A stretch of DNA of 63,976 nucleotides, counting the filler, from Lenisia limosa (lineage: Eukaryota; Protista; Breviatea): assembly GCA_001655205.1 (NCBI GenBank). It is 10 parts of 10 records of this genome, joined end to end, with 100 filler letters (N's around TTAATTAATTAA, not from the genome) between each part and the next. Parts side by side here need not be neighbours in the genome. Positions count along the whole stretch, not along the records: positions 1 to 1,709 come from LPNZ01004775.1; positions 1,810 to 3,545 come from LPNZ01009354.1; positions 3,646 to 4,879 come from LPNZ01009648.1; positions 4,980 to 6,992 come from LPNZ01000843.1; positions 7,093 to 11,334 come from LPNZ01008419.1; positions 11,435 to 37,634 come from LPNZ01009437.1; 4 more parts are not named here. One strand, 5' to 3'. Positions 1 to 11,574 of the stretch are shown here, in pieces (position 1 is the first letter of the stretch; the number at the start of each line of letters is the position of its first letter). The notes under the pieces were generated by a model that saw only the letters and a program-made list of their open reading frames with translations, had not been told where the DNA came from and searched no databases. Both the position numbers and the translations under genes were made by a program.

Positions 1-626
1 GACGGCTTCGGCCAGACACAACCTTGTTTATTTCTCATTGCTATGCTGATATAGCCCCCGCAAGAAGCCCCCACCCCACGGAGGCGAAGTAGCTTTTGAG
101 CGGGAGGTCAGTCAGCTTCTTGACCGGATTGAGCCAGACCTTAGCATGCGCCCCGGCCGACTTGGAGATGCCGTCTGGGGGGGGGGGGGNNNNNNNNNNN
201 NNNNNNNNNNNNNNNNNNNNNNNNNNNNNNNNNNNNNNNNNNNNNNNNNNNNNNNNNNNNNNNNNNNNNNNNNNNNNNNNNNNNNNNNNNNNNNNNNNNN
301 NNNNNNNNNNNNNNNNNNNNNNNNNNNNNNNNNNNNNNNNNNNNNNNNNNNNNGGGAAGACGCCACGCGAGAAAGAGGGTTGATGACAAGGTTAATCTCA
401 ATCGGCGACGAGACATTACCAGCTACAAAGGAGGGCGCAACATTCTGAGTGTGAAAATGTGTAAGACAAAACAAATACTCTAATCAAGCTATGAATCCAA
501 TCAGGCTAATCAAATACTAAGACAAATGCATTCCTCCACTAAGTACTATGGCAAATCATAGTACTTGCATTTGTCCAGGAATGCAAATCCAAATATTCTG
601 CGATATTGATTGCATCATATCATATA

Positions 627-702
627 CAGTGACCGGGATAAGCCTTGACCGATTCCTTGGGAAATCATATTGCAAATCGGTCAAGACTTATCCCGGTCAC
701 TG
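627..702. mobile_element. Tc1/mariner-type hairpin MITE, 76 bp
   Basis: TA|CAGTGACCGGGATAAGCCTTGACCGATT ... AATCGGTCAAGACTTATCCCGGTCACTG|TA: 28-bp arms with 1 mismatch and TA flanks. Diverged relatives lie at ~49107, ~52538 and ~52895. Confidence 0.75.
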
Positions 703-1709
703 TATATTATTACTACTCATAGTATATGATATGAAATCATATATGATATATTCATATAAAAAAAAACAAGAAAAAACAATACAGCATACAATAAAAGCTA
801 ACAATAATAAAAAAAACGTGGGGCCAACCTGGATGCCATCAATGATCTGTGATCTTTTTGACGAGCGTCCGCCAACTGCCTGTGACGTGGCAAGGGAAAA
901 GAGAGAAACAACCTAGAAAAATAAATACATGGGGTACAGAAAAGGCTTTTACTGTGGTCAAACAAGACAAAAATCCTTGAAATATGATAAATATGACTCA
1001 AGTAAGCGTCGCGCTCTTTCCTGGGCTAGGTTTGTTTTGTTGTTATCAACCCTCGTGTGTGAATGTGAATCATGTATACATAAATGGCTTGAATAAGCTT
1101 ACCAATATACCATGGGTCTTGTTTAGGCGTTCAGTCATCTCGACTGAGACTCAAAGCAAACCCCGGCAATAAGGCCATAATCAAGGCAGTTGCATTCATG
1201 TGATTTCAAAGTCGCAATTAAGAGGCAACGCCAGTAATGTGTGAACATTTATATGCGCAATCTTTACCTCCACAGGGTCGGAAGGGAAGCCACTTGTTGT
1301 TATCTATCTCCTGTATTGGTTGTGCTTATGTTTTTCTTATTGTATGGCTCTTTTAAAAATTTGTTTCAGGTGGTTTTGTCCCCAAAGTGCCTTCGCCAAT
1401 TCAAGTGGAAACCCAGAGTTCGAGGAGCTACGTCCTATGCCCGGTGCTTTCATGTGCCACTTGTGAATCAAATTCTGTCTCGGTTTCACAAAGTGAGGGG
1501 AAAGTGTCACAGTATACCATCCCACTTCCATCAGCAGCGCCGGGTCGGATCGGATATGATCGGGCGTGTGGTCAAGAAGGGGGAGGGCTCGGAGATTCAT
1601 TTCCATTCTGAGGGGAGGGGCCAGTAAATTTGGAATATTTATGAAACAAAAAAAACCCAAATCAACTCTGTTGGCTGAGAACACACGAGGGTTGATAACA
1701 ACAAAAACA

Positions 1710-1809
1710 NNNNNNNNNNNNNNNNNNNNNNNNNNNNNNNNNNNNNNNNNNNNTTAATTAATTAANNNNNNNNNNNNNNNNNNNNNNNNNNNNNNNNNNN
1801 NNNNNNNNN
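1710..1809. other. Artificial assembly linker (44 N + TTAATTAATTAA + 44 N); also at 3546, 4880, 6993, 11335, 37635, 52137, 57734 and 62823
   Basis: Identical 100-bp structure nine times. TTAATTAATTAA gives stops in all six frames, a known pseudomolecule spacer design. Confidence 0.95.
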
Positions 1810-1837
1810 CCCCCCCCCCCTCGCACGTCACCCCTGT

Positions 1838-4800
1838 AGAAAGACGTTCTTGCAGCCAACTACGGATACGACCAGAAGGCCAGCCCGGACCTGCGCCAAT
1901 CCCCAGCGGGTGGTGTGGATGCAGGACCTTCCAAGGTAGGGTTTGCTACATCTAAGGTGTGAAGAAGAAAAGAAAAAAAAGGAAATAAGAAATATAAGAA
2001 AAAAATGAAAAGAGAGGATAAAGCAAAAGCGTTGTGATGGGGAGGAGCGGTATGTATATTTCGGCACTTCTAAGGCGCATGCGCGGTGGATTGGGTCAGG
2101 CAGGAGTAACCAAGAAGTTCGAGCACGATGCTATTTGTTTTTGGATCAAAAAGAACTAGTTCCATCGTTATTATGTGTTGTTGTGTGTTGTGGTGTGAAA
2201 TAATCTTACCCCCCCCCCCCNNNNNNNNNNNNNNNNNNNNNNNNNNNNNNNNNNNNNNNNNNNNNNNNNNNNNNNNNNNNNNNNNNNNNNNNNNNNNNNN
2301 NNNNNNNNNNNNNNNNNNNNNNNNNNNNNNNNNNNNNNNNNNNNNNNNNNNNNNNNNNNNNNNNNNNNNNNNNNNNNNNNNNNNNNNNNNNNNNNNNNNN
2401 GAGCAACAAGCGAAACATGAGGCCGACTTGGAGTCTATCAGGAAGCAGTACTACAACGAGAGGAAGGTGCGGGTTGTGGGGGTATCATTGGGTGAAAAAT
2501 TACATTATTAATGCGTAATTTAAAGACCGTAATAAGATACGCGGTTTGATACCTAGTATGTAGTGACAATAGCTAATGGGTATGATTATCAAAGTGGATT
2601 TTTTGGAATGCAACCCCATCACTCTTTTGGGCTATATGTTGTCATGAAGTTTCCACTTGTACATACGCTGGGGTGATGGGATGCGGTGCTGCAGATCGAC
2701 TGTCCTGGGCTTTGTGTGCTTTGTTTTTATTAACCCTTGTGNNNNNNNNNNNNNNNNNNNNNNNNNNNNNNNNNNNNNNNNNNNNNNNNNNNNNNNNNNN
2801 NNNNNNNNNNNNNNNNNNNNNNNNNNNNNNNNNNNNNNNNNNNNNNNNNNNNNNNNNNNNNNNNNNNNNNNNNNNNNNNNNNNNNNNNNNNNNNNNNNNN
2901 NNNNNNNNNNNNNNNNNNNNNNNNNNNNNNNNNNNNNNNNNNNNNNNNNNNNNNNNNNNNNNNNNNNNNNNNNNNNNNNNNNNNNNNNNNNNNNNNNNNN
3001 NNNNNNNNNNNNNNNNNNNNNNNNNNNNNNNNNNNNNNNNNNNNNNNNNNNNNATATTTCTCATTGCTATATATCACATATGTAGCACAGAGTTATAAGG
3101 CAAATGATTGGGTGAATTAATATTATACTGTAATTTAGTATCTCCTATAAACGTGATGGTTTGGACGGCTGGCCTGATACAACCTTATTGTTTATTTCCC
3201 ATTGCTCTATAACCGTAAAAATATCACTGTTTATATTATAACAATATTCAACCATATTATTTAACTATTTATTAACAATATATTAATGATATATTATTAC
3301 CATAACAGTTCAACCGCCGCATAGTTCAATAGAGTTAAAAACAGTACCCAAATGATATGTTTATAACATAACCTACTACTATGTTAACAATACCTTTTCA
3401 GGAGACTCTCCTATGAGCGCAGCGGATCGTCAGAGGGCAGCCAAGGAAAAAAAGGTTGGTACAATGAGTAATGAATATATTGGAATGCCACTTCCGGGGC
3501 CTGAAAGATAATAATATGGGGCCTGATTGTTGGTGGATTAAATATNNNNNNNNNNNNNNNNNNNNNNNNNNNNNNNNNNNNNNNNNNNNTTAATTAATTA
3601 ANNNNNNNNNNNNNNNNNNNNNNNNNNNNNNNNNNNNNNNNNNNNGGGGGTGGGGGTAAAGTCTCGTCTGTCCAGTATTTTTCATTTTTTTTATTCATCC
3701 TCTAGTCCCAAAATGGTACACGGGGGCGGCGAGGTGAATGCTCTGTAAGACTCTTAAATGGAATTTGTATTTGACCCTTGCTTAAACAAGTATAGGAAGA
3801 ATCTGAGGTAACAAGAAAACACACATTAACATCTGTTATCGGGATTTTTTTCGTTTTAAATGATTTTGGTTTTTTGTTTCATGCATGTCCAATTGACCCC
3901 ACCCCTGTAACATGAGATACCCAATTGACGAGCAGAACGAAAGAGTCAAGCTTGTCCAAGACTTATACTTCGTCAAGGTTCAGATTGAAAGCTACAAGTA
4001 CTCACAGGTTGGGCTATAGCGAGATATTTAGGGTTTCACACCATTCCAGAAAAATATTATCTCGATAAAGCTTCGATATATTTCAATAGTTCTTTTTCGG
4101 ACCGAGATAGTACATGATTATATGTTAAAATCCAAGATAATTCACAGAATACACAATCACACCATCCGCGCCCACCCTGATCTTATGGATTAATTACTTC
4201 AATTATCACTATTATGATAGTAATATTGGGCATTCCAAGTTTCAACCTTAGGCAGTTTTGATTTGGGTTTAGTGTTTCATAAATTGTCCATTTTACCCCC
4301 CCCCCCCACNNNNNNNNNNNNNNNNNNNNNNNNNNNNNNNNNNNNNNNNNNNNNNNNNNNNNNNNNNNNNNNNNNNNNNNNNNNNNNNNNNNNNNNNNNN
4401 NNNNNNNNNNNNNNNNNNNNNNNNNNNNNNNNNNNNNNNNNNNNNNNNNNNNNNNNNNNNNNNNNNNNNNNNNNNNNNTGCGCCCCTCCCCAATGACCTT
4501 ACACTTGACAAGGTTGGATATGAATAGGATTATGATACACTTGACAAGGTTGGAGAATGTGTTTCCGAAATAATTTTATTTTTTTGCAAATATGATTTAG
4601 TCGGTCTTTTTTTCTGATTTAGGTGCTCAATTCTAGTACTGACATTCAATTCTAATACTTTCAGATGCTAACCTCTATGAACAACGATGGAGTTATCGAT
4701 TCGCTTCGTACTGAAACACATCGGCTGCAGGTAGCAGGGCTATAAACAATACACTGGGATTAGTACGACATACTCTTTCGACAAATCGACTGAAGATAAC

Positions 4801-6400
4801 AGGGATATTATCGGCTGCGGGTAACCTGTGTTAGCACGATGTTATGTTATTAATATTATACTATAATCCAATATCTCTTNNNNNNNNNNNNNNNNNNNNN
4901 NNNNNNNNNNNNNNNNNNNNNNNTTAATTAATTAANNNNNNNNNNNNNNNNNNNNNNNNNNNNNNNNNNNNNNNNNNNNTGTTTGTTTTGTTGTTCTCAA
5001 CCCTCGTGTGTTTTCAGCCAACAGAGTAGATTCTGGGCTTTTCCTCCCCCACCCTTCAAAGGATGGCTCGGGCAAGGGGCCACAGACCTGGGGATTTTGA
5101 AGATCCCCAGATCTCTGACAGATCTGCAACAGACCTCCAGATCACTGATAGGGCCCGTATTAAATCCGCACCACTAAATCCGCTCACCCCCATTTTGCGC
5201 GATTTAAAATGAAGGTGCGCGGATTTAGTGGCGCGGATTTAAACCTCCCCCTCTGACAGACTAAAAATATAATTATTTTTTCGCTCTCCAAAAGCGTCAA
5301 GAATGTTGTTTTTGAAGACAATATTTTGATAGTTTTGAAAATCAGATCCACGAGCCAGATCTTCTCTGACAGATCTACAAAAAACAATATCTAGATCTTC
5401 GAAAAAAATATTGGCAAAATCCCCAGATCTGTGGCTCTCTGGGCTCGGGCTTGTTTTTGCTTTTGTGTTTTTTTGTTGGTTGTTTGTGTTGATTATTACT
5501 TGTTTTTTTTTGCTTTTTTGTTTGTGTGGAGATTCAGACTATTGGGTTTGTGATGAGTGGTACCTTTATATCAATATTCGTCATCGAAATTTCCTTCATT
5601 TTACCCCTTCCCCCTTGTAGACGCTGGAAAGAGAGTCGAGACGGGAGAAGATGCTGGAGACCCGAGGAAAGGAGGCCAGAGCGCGGCAGAAGCTTTTCAG
5701 TTTGAGGGGGTGAGTAAATATGTAATGTGGGGGTGTAGGCGATAGGGCACTTCGGTTCAAAAAAAGGCTGAAGTTCTCGATAATTTTACCACACTATCTC
5801 GAACTGAGCTTGTAAAATGCAAAATTGTATATAAGTCATCATGGAAGGGGGGAGGAGGGGTATGTAGGGCTTTCCTTCAGACCAAAAAAGACTGGTAAAA
5901 TATCGATAGCTTTCGAGGTTTTATCGAGAAATTCAGTCTTTTTTGGGACCGTACAGAAGCCAACAGAGTTGATTTGGGGCTTTTTGTTTCATAAATTTTC
6001 CAATTTANNNNNNNNNNNNNNNNNNNNNNNNNNNNNNNNNNNNNNNNNNNNNNNNNNNNNNNNNNNNNNNNNNNNNNNNNNNNAACAGAGGAGTTTTGGG
6101 CAGCAGTCCAGGCTGAGCAGTAGTATTTATCATTTCTTACCATGTATTTCTTCAAATATAATCATTGATTTGGATTTCTATCTTTGTCTTTGTGTTAATA
6201 TCCCTTATATTTTTAAGGCTTATTATTTATTTCTTTATATCGTATTATATATACCTCCTGCTAGTGTACAAGAAGAATCAAGGAATAAAGTTTAGTTGGC
6301 CAAGACGGGTCCACGCCTACTGAGCGAGCGACAGTATTCATCAAGTATGTATCGTATCCACCACCGCCGCCGCGAAGCTCCTCAAATTTCTGATGTGCGT
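1838..6400 (+). CDS. Fragmented multi-exon gene, coiled-coil-like protein of unknown function
   Basis: AG/GT-bounded exons KDVLAANYGYDQK, EQQAKHEADLESIRKQYYNERK, SPMSAADRQRAAKEKK, IDEQNERVKLVQDLYFVK, MLTSMNNDGVIDSLRTETHRLQ and TLERESRREKMLETRGKEARARQKLF. These span two artificial linkers, so unity is unproven. Confidence 0.35.
3143..3212 (+). repeat. Dispersed ~70-bp repeat family CTTATAAGCGTGATGGTTTGGACGGC...CAACCTTGTTTATTTCTCATTGCTATAT
   Basis: Related segments at 1-55, 3055-3075, ~56975-57005, ~57057-57100, ~59284-59315, ~60225-60265 and ~61172. Confidence 0.6.
5073..5441. mobile_element. hAT-type non-autonomous DNA transposon (MITE), 369 bp
   Basis: Imperfect TIRs CAAGGGGCCACAGACCTGGGGATTTTG / CAAAATCCCCAGATCTGTGGCTCTCTG and a perfect 8-bp TSD GGCTCGGG (5065-5072 and 5442-5449). 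The interior has CAGATCT repeats. An 8-bp TSD with CA-starting TIRs is the established hAT signature. Confidence 0.85.
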
Positions 6401-7429
6401 TGCTGAACTTTGCACTTGCTGCACAACACTCTCTATCTATAATACACCTCCTACTAGCATCACCCTAGCATAGGTGTGTACAGTGCACACCTCCCAGAGG
6501 TGCGTCAGTGTAGGTACAACGGTAGCAACCACAACCCAACTACTACCCTGCATCTCCAAGCCTACCAGCAAACAACAATGGGCTTTGAGCACACGGTTAT
6601 TATTGAGGAGGATGGTCTGTCTGTGAACATGGACAGCAAAGAAATTGTCATTCCATGTAGGCATGTGCGTCAGAAAATAAGATTAACTTCTTCCCCCCCT
6701 CACCACCCCCAAAATGCTCTGCCACCCAGGTTCTTTTAATTTCCAGCGCATCCCTGGGTATATTCTCTTCTGGTAAAATTAGTCCCTTCCTTTCTCGAAC
6801 AAACCGAGGTGAAGAGGATGAAAATTTGAAAGAAATACGTGTGTGCCGGGAACCCTTCCTTATATATCATGAGACATCACAATTCCCTGCCAATAAGCGT
6901 GAGATACATTTGAGCGATTAAAATACCATGATTATAAGCCAGACGAGGAAATTCCCTTGCGTACAACCAGTTTGGACCGCCCCATTCTTGCCNNNNNNNN
7001 NNNNNNNNNNNNNNNNNNNNNNNNNNNNNNNNNNNNTTAATTAATTAANNNNNNNNNNNNNNNNNNNNNNNNNNNNNNNNNNNNNNNNNNNNAACAGGCC
7101 AACATTGAATGTTAGGTAGGGCTTCTACGTGGGTAATAGGTATCATTTATATGACTTATACATACATAGTATGATGGTATCTATGATATAGTTTTTGTAT
7201 CTAATAGAAAAACTGTTTTTCGGGAACAAGAGAAATCTTGTCAACATTCCGTATTCTCAACCCAATCGGTCTGTTTATTATTGTGGCAGATCACAGATCT
7301 TAATCGATCTTAACAGATCTAAGCAGATATTAACCGATCTAGGCGATCGAGCTATTTATTGGGGTTCACTCCGGACCAGTGGTCGCCGGAATCCTGGGTT
7401 GGAGGGGTTGAATAAATGCTTACCATAAA

Positions 7430-10400
7430 AGGCAACAGAACACTCACTATATTAGGCAACTCGACCCTTCATTGGGGCGTTGTCGGGTCCACCATCAACA
7501 TTGCCAGTCGGTTTTCCACCGCCAGTGCCTCAACTGGAAAGGTATGGCTTTCAGTTTACTGCACTTTGCTAGCAGGAACTTCCTTTTGGTCCGAAAAAGA
7601 CCGATAAAATACCCATATTTATCGAGCCTTAATCATAGCATGATGATATTTTTACCTGGAGACTCCCCAGACACCCATGATAAATACCCCTAATACCTCC
7701 CCAGACACCCATGATAAATACCCCTAATACCTCCCCAGACACCCATGATAACCGCCGAAGACCCGCTGGCATCGCACATTTCCCCTCTGTGCCCTCCAGA
7801 CACTGAAAGTCAGCTTACCGACGGTCCGCACGCACAACCGCCCGAACACGCGGTTATGACCCAAAGCCCCAACTTCAGTCCCACACCGCGTGGGAATGGG
7901 GGNNNNNNNNNNNNNNNNNNNNNNNNNNNNNNNNNNNNNNNNNNNNNNNNNNNNNNNNNNNNNNNNNNNNNNNNNNNNNNNNNNNNNNNNNNNNNNNNNN
8001 NNNNNNNNNNNNNNNNNNNNNNNNNNNNNNNNNNNNNNNNNNNNNNNNTGAAAATATCGTTGTTTTTTTTTTAGAATAAACAGGGTTACGATAAGTTATG
8101 TCCGTTAATACGTCATATACATCTCATATAATGTATATACATCTCATATAATGTGTATACCTGGCTTGATAACTCGTTCAAATAGCACATAAGCTATTTT
8201 GCTAAAAGCGTAACTAGCGCCTTTTCAAACACATAACCCCTGCAGAAAGCAGCATCCGTGAGAACCTTTCTCTAGACAGCTCCCTACCTGGTACTCCCTC
8301 TGATGTAGGGGGGGGGGGTTAAGCAATGGAGATGTTAAAAGAGGAGAAGTGCTACGAATGATGTAATGTTATGATGAGTCGTTTACTCACATTCACAAGT
8401 ACAAGGTGTCATTTCAATCCATATTTGTTGTCATTTTGGATTCTGTGTTCTCCAGATTGTAATAAATCTCTTTGTTGCCCCCTAAAAATGACTATTTGCA
8501 GTCAGCATGCACATCAACTGCCACGTCCGCGCGCACCCCTCTTTCGGCTGTAAATATCAATACCAATGTTGGGGGGGGGCAATTTTGTTTATTATAATGT
8601 GTTAAGGTGGGGGCGGCTTCGGTCAGTTCTTACCTTAATTATCATTTCTATATCATATACGATATGATACATAGTATAATTATATATTTATATGTGTATA
8701 TCAAGTGTAAATATGATATTAGATTAGGAGGACGTAGTGTTATGATTGGATGATGATGGGTGTCTATACTAACAGTCCAGGGAAATCAGTCGCGAGTTCA
8801 GATCAGTGCCACCACGGCAAGCCTCCTCCAAATATCCCTGTCCATTGTGTCGACAGGTTGGTTGTGGAGACATTTGATGTCTTTTGAGGACAAATGTTGT
8901 AGGTTTTAGAGGATTTCGATACATTCAGCTTTGGGGGGCTGAAATGCTTGTTTGATGAAATGTACAGTAAAGCTTGTTTGAATATCAGCCTAGACATTTC
9001 AACCCTCGTGGATTGNNNNNNNNNNNNNNNNNNNNNNNNNNNNNNNNNNNNNNNNNNNNNNNNNNNNNNNNNNNNNNNNNNNNNNNNNNNNNNNNNNNNN
9101 NNNNNNNNNNNNNNNNNNNNNNNNNNNNNNNNNNNNNNNNNNNNNNNNNNNNNNNNNNNNNNNNNNNNNNNNNNNNNNNNNNNNNNNNNNNNNNCACCCA
9201 GGTTTGTGTCATGGACTTGGGCTGTCTAAATGAGTATACTATATGTTTCATATGGCTCTAGTACGGTCAGTCTTGTGCATTATTTTAATATTACTATGAT
9301 CACTTAAATAGTACTCTTTGACGATGTAGCGCTGGTTTGCCAAGACGTGTGGCGCCTTATCCGCCAAAGGAATCGACTCCCAGGTACGGGGGGTAATTAG
9401 GGCTTCACTACGATCCGAAAAAGACAGTGTTAATGTCGATAGTTTTCGAGGATCTATCGAGAAATTCAGTCTNNNNNNNNNNNNNNNNNNNNNNNNNNNN
9501 NNNNNNNNNNNNNNNNNNNNNNNNNNNNNNNNNNNNNNNNNNNNNNNNNNNNNNNNNNNNNNNNNNNNNNNNNNNNNNNNNNNNNNNNNNNNNNNNNNNN
9601 NNNNNNNNNNNNNNNNNNNNNNNNNNNNNNNNNNNNNNNNNNNNNNNNNNNNNNNNNNNNNNNNNNNNCGAGAAACTTGCCATTTTCATTTGTGCAGAAT
9701 CTGTTGGTAAGGTCAGTTTTCTGTTCCTGATAAATGCCAGCTTCATATTCCATGATGGTTCTGACCTGTAGGACGTTTGGGGCATCTACCACATGCCCGG
9801 CTTTGCGGCCGAACGGTCCTTCCTCGATCCTAGTAACGAACCTAATGAAGTCATCTTGGACGGTGAGGGACTTTTCCCTTGGGTTCATGATTAATACCTT
9901 CCTTTACTCCAATATTCTTCATCATTATTGTCTTCTTTTTNNNNNNNNNNNNNNNNNNNNNNNNNNNNNNNNNNNNNNNNNNNNNNNNNNNNNNNNNNNN
10001 NNNNNNNNNNNNNNNNNNNNNNNNNNNNNNNNNNNNNNNNNNNNNNNNNNNNNNNNNNNNNNNNNNNNNNNNNNNNNNNNNNNNNNNNNNNNNNNNNNNN
10101 NNNNNNNNNNNNNNNNNNNNNNNNNNNNNNNNNNNNNNNNNNNNNNNNNNNNNNNNNNNNNAAATATACATCATTCCTGGGTTTATAAAGGGTTCATTGA
10201 GAATGTTATTTATCAAGGGTTTGCATTTATCCTCAGAACCGTCGGATATAGTTGGCTTCATATTATACATTTAGTAAACATGCACATGACCAAACTCTGT
10301 TTATTATCTTCAGCTCTTCCGAGCATAACCAAATAGGCCCAGTCGGAGAAGGACAGCACAACGTTCCGACACAGTCCGTCTGACGGCATCAGCTCCTCAA

Positions 10401-11330
10401 TGCTGGACCCCAGTCATCTCATCACCGGCGTCCAGGTGGGGTCTTATGGGGGTCTTATGGGGGTATTATTTTTATGGATACGCCCAGATCGCCCTTCCCC
10501 CCTCACCCTGGCAGGTGTCAAGGCTCGGTAACTCCTTCAAAAGCCGAAGATCGTTGTGGGCCCCGGGATGAAAGTGTCTATTGCATGGTGTTATTATAGG
10601 CAATACTAACTGTAGACTATGATATAATGAAGAAGTGCGTAAAATATTAATACTATATGATATTCACCCCTCAGGTCGTCTCGCAGCTCAAGCCTGGGAT
10701 CATCGCCTAGGTCCCCCCGAGGGTCTCGAAGAAGCCTGGCGTGGGGAGGGGCGTGGATGGAGAAGTTTGTATTATTAAGGGTGATGTGATAATGTATTAG
10801 TTTCACGTATTACCCGTGTGAACACCAGGCAAATAGAACACAGTCAATTGAGGATGGTGGTGATTTTGGTTTTTCTTTTCTTTGTCTGTTTGTGATTCAT
10901 AAATCTTCCAATTTCACACCCGCAGGTACCGGGCGCCCTCCTCGCGGAAACCCTCGGGGCCCCTGGTATCCCCGGTGCCTTCCGCCCGACAGACACGATC
11001 ACCTGTGTCACGGCCCGGGTCTAAGGCAGGNNNNNNNNNNNNNNNNNNNNNNNNNNNNNNNNNNNNNNNNNNNNNNNNNNNNNNNNNNNNNNNNNNNNNN
11101 NNNNNNNNNNNNNNNNNNNNNNNNNNNNNNNNNNNNNNNNNNNNNTAGGGTCCTTATCCCATTATCTTCGTTTATTGTATCCTTCAGTCAAAATGTCAGG
11201 CTTTGAATCTCAAACCGGCTATAGTCATTTTCAACTTCTCTTATTCCCTTATCCTCGTCATTATCTTCGAAGGTCTCGGCAGCACACCCCCCTACACCTC
11301 CCGCTCTCTCGTCAAAGCACTGTAAACCCC
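7430..11330 (+). CDS. Fragmented multi-exon gene, unknown protein with S/R/P-rich C-terminal region
   Basis: Phase-compatible exons GNQSRVQISATT, LVCQDVWRLIRQRNRLP, EKLAIFICAESVGK-DVWGIYHMPGFAAERSFLDP and VSRLGNSFKSRRSL-SSRSSSLGSSPRSPRGSRRSL-AYRAPSSRKPSGP. Confidence 0.35.
7663..7752 (+). repeat. 34-bp tandem repeat, ~2.6 copies
   Basis: CTCCCCAGACACCCATGATAAATACCCCTAATAC repeated directly. Confidence 0.85.
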
Positions 11331-11574
11331 ATGGNNNNNNNNNNNNNNNNNNNNNNNNNNNNNNNNNNNNNNNNNNNNTTAATTAATTAANNNNNNNNNN
11401 NNNNNNNNNNNNNNNNNNNNNNNNNNNNNNNNNNAAAACAAAGCCCAAGCCAGTCGCCTCTGCAGCACCGCATCCCATCACGTAAAATTAGCCAATTTAT
11501 GAAACAAAAAAGCCGACCACGTGGGAGGGGGGTAGAGGTGCGAGGCAATGTTTTGGAAGTATATTGGTATTGCT

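Noticed and set aside
1754-1765. Recurrent TTAATTAATTAA palindrome (9 copies)
   Set aside because: Always centred in exactly 44 N + 44 N. It is a six-frame stop linker added by the assembly pipeline, not biology.
96-3120. Numerous listed ORFs composed largely of X
   Set aside because: They are open only because they run through N gaps.
6476-6739. ORF fragment considered as a retroelement integrase or RT remnant
   Set aside because: No convincing DDE, YxDD or zinc-finger motif.
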